64,000 bases of DNA from Zootoca vivipara (lineage: Eukaryota), in contig NC_083294.1 in assembly GCF_963506605.1 (NCBI RefSeq), positions 31,186,001 to 31,250,000 on the forward strand. The letters run 5' to 3'. Positions within the stretch are counted from its first letter, which is position 1; each line of letters opens with the position of its first letter. Of this stretch, positions 56,101 through 64,000 are shown one piece after another. The translations under genes were made by a program, and so were the position numbers. Under the pieces are notes generated by a model, which saw only the letters and a list, made by a program, of their open reading frames with translations, was not told the DNA's origin and ran no database searches.

Positions 56101-59100
56101 GGGGGATATCATGTTCATTTTGTTGTATCTGGGATTTTCAATGAAGAGTCAGTTAAAAGTGGTCTATTAATCAATCAATCAATCAATCACCATCTTGCTG
56201 AAAGGTTGGGGATAACACTACAAGTCAGACTTGGGACTATTAGAGGACAAAGCCCTCTTTCCATTGAAAGTCACACACACACCATACATATGAAGCAGAT
56301 TTAAAGCACATGGCTTCTCTCAAAGAATCCCAGGAACTGTGGTTTATTAAGTGTCCTGGGAACTGTACATCTGTGAGGTATAAATTACAGCTCCCAGGAT
56401 TTCTTGGAGGAAGCCATGGTCTGGATGTGACTGAAGGCTACTAGACTAGGAAGCAGAGAGGCCAATGGCTCTGTAATGGTCCAGTTCAAACACATGTTTA
56501 TAATGCCAAGATGTGTTCTCAAACAGATGATAAAAGACCTACAACCCAAATTGGGTTCTCTTCCTGTTTCAAGGAGGGGGACATGACCAATGACCACCCT
56601 AGGGTTACTTGGGAGGAAAGGCAGGGTTATTTATTATTATCATTACAGTGGTACCTCTACTTACGAATAACTCTACTTACGAATGTTTCTACTTACGAAT
56701 GGAGCTCCGTCCGCCATCTTGGATGCGGTTTAGATAGGATTTTTTCTACTTACGAATTTTTAGATAGGAGTTTTTCTACTTACAATTTTTTTCTCCCAAT
56801 GCATTCCTATGGGATTCGGCTTACAATTTTTTTCTACTTACAAATGTGCGTTTGGAACGCATTAAATTCGTAAGTAGAGGTACCACTGTATTAATTTATT
56901 TATTTATAAATAATCTGGCTGGGTTCCCCCCCACCACTCTGGGCGGCTTCCAGCAAATACCAAAATACATTAAAATATCACAGATTAAAAACTTCCCTAA
57001 ACAGGGTATTAAAGAAAGAAAGGACTACAGTAGAATAAATAGAGCAGGAAGGCAGGAACTGTTCCTTAAGGTACAAATTCATGCACCGCATAGTTAAACT
57101 ATGGAACTCACTCCCACAGGAGCACCAACCTGGATCGCATTAAATGAGAACTAGACAAACTCAAGGAGGATAAGTCTGTCCATGGCTACTAGCTATGCTC
57201 TGCTTCTGAATACTGGTTGCTGGCATCTGCAGGAGGAGACTTGTGCCCAGGTCCTGCTTACAGGTTTCCTAGAAGCATTGGGCTTGACACTGTAAGAACA
57301 GGATTTTGGGCCAGCAGGCTCTTCTTATGCTCTTTTATTGCTTCAGCAGAAGTAGGAATGAGGACATTCAGGAAAGAAACCCAGCAGCCTGCAGGGAATC
57401 ACAGAGCCTCACCTGCAGTTTCCGTGTTTGGAGTGCCAGGGCCTTTTCCTCTGGTCTGACCCTCCTCTGATGGATGGGGAGAGGAAGCCAAGGATGAGGC
57501 TGTAGAGCCATCCCCTTTGGAATCTGCTCCAGGCTGGGAAGAGAAGGGAGATGTTAAAGATGCCCATTACCACCAACTTCTCACCTGGTGTTTCCCCATC
57601 TGTCCTGCACGGCACATGGCCACTGGCTCTGACATCCTCACAAATCCAACCGCAGCTTCAGGGTTGGGCTGCCCACTAAATCTGATGGGTCATGATCCAC
57701 AAAACCTGGCCTAGTTTCAGTTCATATCATTTCTTTTGAGTGTGTAATATTGGGAAGGGCCATAGCTCAGTAGCAGAGCACCTGCTTTGGAAGCAGAAGG
57801 TCCCAGGTTCTACCTGCAGTATCTCTAGGTAGGACTGGGAACATCTTCCATCTGAAACCCTGGAGAGCCACTGTCTGTTTGTGCAGACAATACTGAGCTA
57901 GATGGATCAATGGTTTAACTAAGTGTAAGGCAGATTCCTGTGCTCCTAATGATGTCAACTGAGGATGAATGCACCGTATGCAAAGAAGGCCAAAGAACTT
58001 TCTTTGTGAGATATAGCCCACAGCCAATACCTGCAGAAGCAGCTCTCTCAGACGCTGCAGCTGAGATTCTAATTGTTTGTTGTGGTCCTCCAAGATCTGC
58101 ATCCGCGTCTCCAGGCGGCTTTTGTGCTGTCGAAGGATCCGGGCCTCTGCCAGCAGCTCTTCGTTGTGTGGATCCTGTGCTGATTCTGGAGTTCCTTCTG
58201 CCGACTCCGCTGCCTCCTCGTGCTGCCATTTCAGACGCTTCAGCTCCCCCTGGAGAACCCTGCAAGGAGAAATACAAGCTCGGGATGCAGCAAGAGTATG
58301 CTGGCATCAGGAGCTTAAGATGCTCAAGAGCTAGAACAGTGGCTCTCAAACTTTCCAATCCCTGGACCTTTGAAAATTGCTGAAGTTCATGGAGGTTTTA
58401 ATTGGGGGTTGTTGTTTTTTGCCAGTATCATGAATGAAAGCAAATATCATTAGGAACATCTGTTCCTGTCACACCCAAGGGTCCCAGAAATATTTGCACA
58501 CATCTTACAAATCTGTAATAAAAGGAATGATTACAAGAACTCTGCTGGCCATGCCCACTTACCTGTTTTCATCCTCCAGGTGCGCCAAGATTCTCTCCAG
58601 TTCCCCTTTGTCGTCTGTGTTGGTGCCGTCCTGGGGCTGCTGACTACTGACTGGTTCTCTGTCTGTAATAGGGCTGGAGTGGCGCAAAAGGTACTGGTCC
58701 TCATCCCTGTTGTGGACAGAGCTGTGATGTGGTTAATGCAATGAAGCTAGAAGTCTTAGTAGGGGTGGTTTGTTGGACTACACTACACCATGCATCAGGC
58801 CTGCTGAACTAATCTAAACAACTGGCATGCTAAGCTTCTGCCTCTCCCCCTTCACAGGAAGTTCAATGCCTTACATTGAATCAGGCCTTGGTCCATCCAA
58901 GAAATGTAGGCCAGATTTGACACTGGAAGAGTCCACAAGCAATTGCAAGTGGGAGAAGCAAGACATATGATAGAAGTGAGGTTATGTGCTGTATTAATGC
59001 TCATTTTCCCCACCCAAGGGAAGTGGGGGGATGCCCACATGGAATCTTTCTCTGCCCAAATGAAGGAGAGGAAGATAAAGGGTCGGGGACACCTGCCAAG

Positions 59101-60973
59101 AGATCACAGCCTAAATGTGAAGCCTTATACACAGTCACACGGGAGTTAGTCCCATTGAACTCAATAAAACTTTTATTTCCACAGGTGGTTGCAGTGTGAA
59201 GTTGCCTAATTAAATATGACCTCTGGTTGGACCCTGGTATCCCCCAGCCCCTAGCTTTGCAACTGACACAAAGCACACAGATTTCAGTAGAATTCGCAAG
59301 GAGGACAGTAGCAACTTACAGGCTGTCATCCGGAGAAAGGCTGTCGTTGTAAAAGGAGGAATTCTGGCTTTCCATCTCTGCAAGCCTACAGGAAAACAGA
59401 AGAGGGGCAATGAACTGCAGGGAAGTAGCGAGGAAAGACAGAAGATTTTCCAGAAGACCCCAAAAGGTACCAGGTGGCCACAGCAGGAGAGAAATTGCAG
59501 CTCTCACGAGGGTAGGAAATTCTAGGTACGAAACAAGCTCCTCCAAATTAGCAGTTTAAATATTGCCTTGCCTCTTACATTCCACTCTAAAGCATAGATG
59601 CCTAGTGCTGGTTGCACTCCTCTAAATTCATCTCTGCAATAAGGAGGTCCAAGCTGGATGTTCCAAGCTTAGACCACATGGCTTACACAAGCCACATTTG
59701 TGTTTCTATACAAATACTGTAACATAGAAACATTTACCATTTTGGAATCTAAGGTGTCCCACCTGTCTTTTCTTGCTGCTGTATGGAAAAGCACATGAGT
59801 TTGATGTTTGAAGAGTTTGTAAGTAAAACATTTTTAACTTACCAAACGTCTGGTCTCTTTCTATGCTAAGGGAAGTGGGGATATTTTAAACATCTTCTAG
59901 CCTACATTTCCATGTTGCATGTTTTGCAGTTTTAAATCTGTGCTGGAGCTCTCTCTCCAAAGAGTACCTGCCCCAAACCTGGATCTAGGCATCTAGAGAA
60001 TTCTCCATTTATTAAAATACCCCTTCCCAAAGAAAAAAACCCACCACCCATCAGAAAACAGGATCACTGATAACCACCCCTGATACCACCATGAACAAAC
60101 ATAATCATGAATACACTATTAAAGGGACATCTGAAGAAGCCCACAGCTGGAAGCCATCAATATTCCAGGAATTTTAAGTTTCACCCTTAAATGGAACTCT
60201 TGTCTTCTTAGCAGTGCTATTGTAACCAGGTCCGTATAGAACTTGTCTAAGGCCCGGGGCAAGAGAATTGCTAGAATAAAGTTATAAACTCAAACAAAAG
60301 GAAGCCAGTCCCTTGCAGGGGCCCCTGGCCAGCTTAGCCTTCTGAGGCCCAGAGCAAGTATACCCAGCTGCCCCTCACCCTGCAAAGGCCTGATTGTAGT
60401 GGTTGGAGTGTTGGAGACAGTCACCTTCTGCCTTTGCTGCGGAGGGCTTTTCTGATGTACCAGGTTTTTCTCCACTCACTGAACCTGTCATACTGGCTGT
60501 GCCACCCCATACCACCCAACATCTTGGCCCGGCCTCTTTCTTAGGGGTGTCAAGTGGTACCTGCTGGCGAAGTGTTCTATCCGAGAGTGAGTATCTGCAT
60601 GAGGTAACATTGGAGAGGAGGCTGGCCTGAAAGGAACAAGCAGAAGTCACGAAGGTATAAAATTGTCAGCTGTTGCCTAGCAGGGGTCTAATGAAAGTGT
60701 CATCTGCACCGGTCGTCCATCAACTACCAAGGCAGGTAAAACAAGGTCCTTGCATTAATTTACAAAGCCCTGAACAACTTAGGTCCAGCGTACTTATGCT
60801 TGAAATCTTCTGTCCCAGCTCAGTCACTGATATCATCTTCAGTAGTGTCATTGGTCACCTCCTGAGTTTATGAGGCTCGTTTAACATTGACAGAAAACGG
60901 AGGCTTCAGTGTCAACAGCATAGTCCTGTGGAATGCTCTTCCAGCAGAGATAATAATAGTAGTAGTAGTAGTA

Positions 60974-61021
<48 letters not shown>

Positions 61022-61604
61022 TTTATACCCTGCCCATCTGGCTGGGTTTCTCCAGCAACTCTGAACAGCTTCCAGTACATATAAAAACACAATAAAACAT
61101 CAAACATCAACAAATTCCCGAGACAGGGCTGCCTTCAGATGTCTTCTAAAAGTTGTGTAGTGCTTTATCTCACTGGCAATTGATGGATTCAGTAGGTGTC
61201 GTCTATATTACCCTTTAAGCATCTCCTGAAAACTTTACAATGCTGTCAGGTTTATGCAGACTATTAAGAAAACATCTTTCTGTTATAGTAAGCTGATAAT
61301 CTGTGATATTACTCTTTTTACATGGTGGTGTGTATGTGTGTGTGTAACACTGTTGTAAGCAACTTAGATTTTTTTTTTTAAAAAAATGAAATTGTGGTAT
61401 ATAAGCATTTTTATAAACAAATGAACAACAAGTCTGTGGGGAGACCCCTTGACATTTGGGAAGGGGGTGTTATCTGCTGTAACGGGTGGGGAAGCAGTGG
61501 CCACCCGTATGCTGTTGAGCTCCTGCCAAATCTCCCACTAACTGATATCTCCACAAGCCCAGCTATTACACCAGAGTAATCACTGCCAATGACTCAAGAC
61601 TTTT

Positions 61605-61699
<95 letters not shown>

Positions 61700-63034
61700 G
61701 CACAAGGATATGGCCCCTTTGATGCTGTTGGATTCCAACTCCCATCAGCCCCGAGTCACTCTGACTAATGTCCAGGAAGGATGGGAGTATTATTCCCATA
61801 ACATCTGGAAGATCACAGGTTCCCCTCCCCATGGTTACTATGCAACTGTGACTTCTGAAAGCTGACAGCAAAGGATCACAGAAAGCTGCCTTATGCCAGG
61901 TCTGGGTATTCAGCTCAGTACCGTCTTCTCTGACTGACAGAGGTTTTCTAGGGTCTTGGGCCAAGTGGGGTCTTTTCCATCTTCTGCATGCAAAGCATTT
62001 GCTCTGCTCCTAACCTACAGTCTCTTCTCCAATCCGAGCACCAGTTGTGCATGAGCATTCCTAGAAGGAATGGAATGCTGGACTTAGTGGAGACATTGCT
62101 TCTCATCACTACTGAGCTGATGGCACCCTGATGTGGATTCTTTCACCTTCAGCTGTGATGGCAGATGAAGTTTGTACAAAGTTAGCTTTGGAATCTTATT
62201 ATCCTAGTAGTAGGAGTAGCTGGTACTAGAAGATGGAACTGGAACTTTTTACAAGCACCACACAATATCCATTCTGCAGTTGTAAGGAAACAATGGTGGA
62301 ACTCCTTGCCCATTGATACTAGGTAGGCCCCTTCATTGTATTATTTAAAGTGCCTACTAAAAACTTATTTGCTAAGGCAAGTCGAACCAGATATGGAAAG
62401 CTGACATACATTTCAATAGTTTTCTTTTTTTATATAATGTGAATTTTTAACGACTGATTTTATTCATTTTTGGAATTGTTTAAAGTCAACTTGTCTTTAA
62501 CCTCTGATTTCTATAGTGAACCTTAATGTATATTTTATGTAAATCATGTAAAGAGATTTCAACAATTACACATTTAATTACATAAACTTGCCACCTTCCA
62601 GTGACCCACACCAGGCCACCCATCCACCGTTGATGGGGAATTCTTTGCTTCCCAGAATTCTAGGTTTGGTCTAAGTTCTGTTGAGGCCAGAGATGGGGAA
62701 CATGTGGCCACCCAGATGTTGCTGGACTCTAGTTACCGAAATCCCTGAGCAATGGCCATGCAGATAGGATTTGGGAGTTCAACACCTGAGGATTGCATGT
62801 TCTCCATCTCCTGTTTCTTCTCACCCAGCAAGCATCATGAAGATGTCCACCGATCAAGGAAGAGGGTGGGGAATTTGTAGCTAGGACCAGGACTTACGTT
62901 TCAATGAAATCTGCCTCCAGGACAGACTGGACCGGCAGGTACCCTCTTTGGGGATGCTTGCTGAAATACTGCTTTGACCGGAACTTGTTTTTCAGGGTAG
63001 TGGCAAAGTCCCTCATGTTCTCACTAGAGGTGGT
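53081..63034 (-). CDS. DRP2: Dystrophin-related protein 2, 3' part, spliced: 63034-62898, 60626-60561, 59385-59320, 58706-58563, 58259-58031, 57533-57413, 56069-55983 (or read-through to stop at 55969), candidate last exon 53100-53081
   Basis: The translation is [107 protein letters not shown]/..[35 protein letters not shown]/../[18 protein letters not shown]. Junctions are GT-AG with consistent phases. Confidence 0.95.
55983..56069 (-). CDS. DRP2: DRP2 penultimate or last exon
   Basis: [22 protein letters not shown]; either donor GAG|gtacag or read-through GTVH* (stop at 55969). Confidence 0.88.
56646..56888. mobile_element. Tigger-like MITE
   Basis: Perfect TIR CAGTGGTACCTCTACTTACGAAT / ATTCGTAAGTAGAGGTACCACTG with TA TSD. 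Confidence 0.88.
57413..57533 (-). CDS. DRP2: DRP2 exon
   Basis: 121 bp, [26 protein letters not shown], ag/gtgag. Confidence 0.88.
57751..57950 (+). mobile_element. tRNA-derived SINE
   Basis: A box TAGCTCAGTAG and B box GGTTCTACC; relatives at ~1185-1370, 11250-11425, 12770-12915, 35575-35760, 37135-37310, 61880-62030. Confidence 0.65.
58031..58259 (-). CDS. DRP2: DRP2 exon (coiled coil)
   Basis: 229 bp, [23 protein letters not shown]. Confidence 0.94.
58563..58706 (-). CDS. DRP2: DRP2 exon
   Basis: 144 bp, [27 protein letters not shown]. Confidence 0.94.
59320..59385 (-). CDS. DRP2: DRP2 exon
   Basis: 66 bp, [22 protein letters not shown]. Confidence 0.94.
60561..60626 (-). CDS. DRP2: DRP2 exon
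   Basis: 66 bp, [22 protein letters not shown]. Confidence 0.94.
60950..61021. repeat. (AGT)n/(AAT)n microsatellite
   Basis: Seen directly. Confidence 0.95.
61608..61696. repeat. (CA)n(GA)n compound microsatellite
   Basis: Seen directly. Confidence 0.95.
62898..63034 (-). CDS. DRP2: DRP2 exon
   Basis: 137 bp, [25 protein letters not shown]. Confidence 0.95.
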
Positions 63035-63890
63035 CTGCCAGAGAAGAACAGAGGAGATTAAGGCTTCGTTCACACACCTGTTTACTGCACAATCACTATA
63101 GTGATTCATACACTATATATAGTAAACGTAAGATTAAAAAATAGATTAACCTGATAGAAAATATACAGAATACTACTGATCCTAACTTGAAAATCATTCT
63201 CATGCATTTGTTAAGAGTGTTTTTCAAAGTTATTTGGGTTGTATCCAGAATTCGTAATACTCAGATCTGGTCCCCTGAAATTAATTGACATTAATTTCTT
63301 AGGTCCCTTAATTGAAATGGGTCTACTCTGTGTATAATTTAATTGAAGAAACCCTTCCTTTGATTTTTCTTAAAAGCATAGTTGTGGATCCAGCATTGAA
63401 TTCAGTTTGAAAAAACAGGTGCCCAGTTCTCCAGAAACTCATTTCCTCTTTAATAAGACTCATTTGTTCTTTAGAAAAGATGTCAATGTGGACATTACTG
63501 TCTTAATAATAATAATTTATAATTTCTACCCCACCTATCTGGCTGGGTTTCCCCAGCCACTCTGGGTGGCTTTCATCAGAGCATTAAAAACAGAATAAAA
63601 CTTCAAACATTAAAAACTTCCCTAAATGTTACGACAAAAGCTCTTACCTATGAGTAAGAAAGAAAGCTTTATTCAAGACTTGCAACAGTACAGGTCAGGC
63701 AGGCTACAATTACTGTCAAATCCCACATATTTTAATCTCCATTATTCTATATATGGTGTTTTAGTTTTTTTTCTTCATATTTAGCATATTCTGGTCTAGC
63801 AGCTATTATATGACTAGTCAGTCCTCTATGCTCTTTCTGTATTTTTGTGTGCAGGCTGAATAAAAGAACATTGGGTCAAGTGTGGAATGA

Positions 63891-64000
63891 TTGTTGTTGT
63901 TGTTGTTGTTGAGTCGTTTAGTCGTGTCTGACTCTTCGTGACCCCATGGACCATAGCACGCCAGGCACTCCTGTCTTGCACTGCCTCCCGCAGTTTGGTC
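63891..64000 (-). mobile_element. BovB LINE 3' end (runs off the window)
   Basis: (TTG)n plus GTCGTTTAGTCGTG..GACCCCATGGACC, matching the copy at 8765. Confidence 0.9.

Noticed and set aside
57751-57830. tRNA-like sequence with A and B boxes
   Set aside because: It is the head of a multi-copy SINE and does not form a full cloverleaf.

Overview
Vertebrate genomic DNA, almost certainly a squamate reptile: it carries BovB LINEs, Sauria SINEs and squamate-type hAT/Tigger MITEs, and a lacertid lizard is my best guess. The window is the conserved BTK-TIMM8A-TAF7L-DRP2 block (human Xq22.1). I reconstructed six spliced genes by hand. These are the last five exons of BTK (+), complete TIMM8A (+), a complete NIPA2-like Mg2+ transporter (-), a complete intron-containing TAF7/TAF7L (+), a complete AIPL1-like FKBP-TPR co-chaperone (+) and the 3' exons of DRP2 (-). 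The NIPA2-like and AIPL1-like genes are not, to my knowledge, present in this interval in human. The most unusual items are: (1) an ~510-aa Glu-rich tail on the AIPL-like protein, whose promoter has CRX-type sites; (2) a U12 (minor spliceosome) intron in TAF7; (3) a minimal hammerhead ribozyme in a Penelope-type repeat; (4) a 1.47-kb composite LTR-like insertion with a single 4-bp TSD; (5) a candidate extra terminal exon of DRP2. Most short ORFs in the track are non-coding noise or repeat-derived. Comparisons to human or zebrafish genes are from memory, not from a search.
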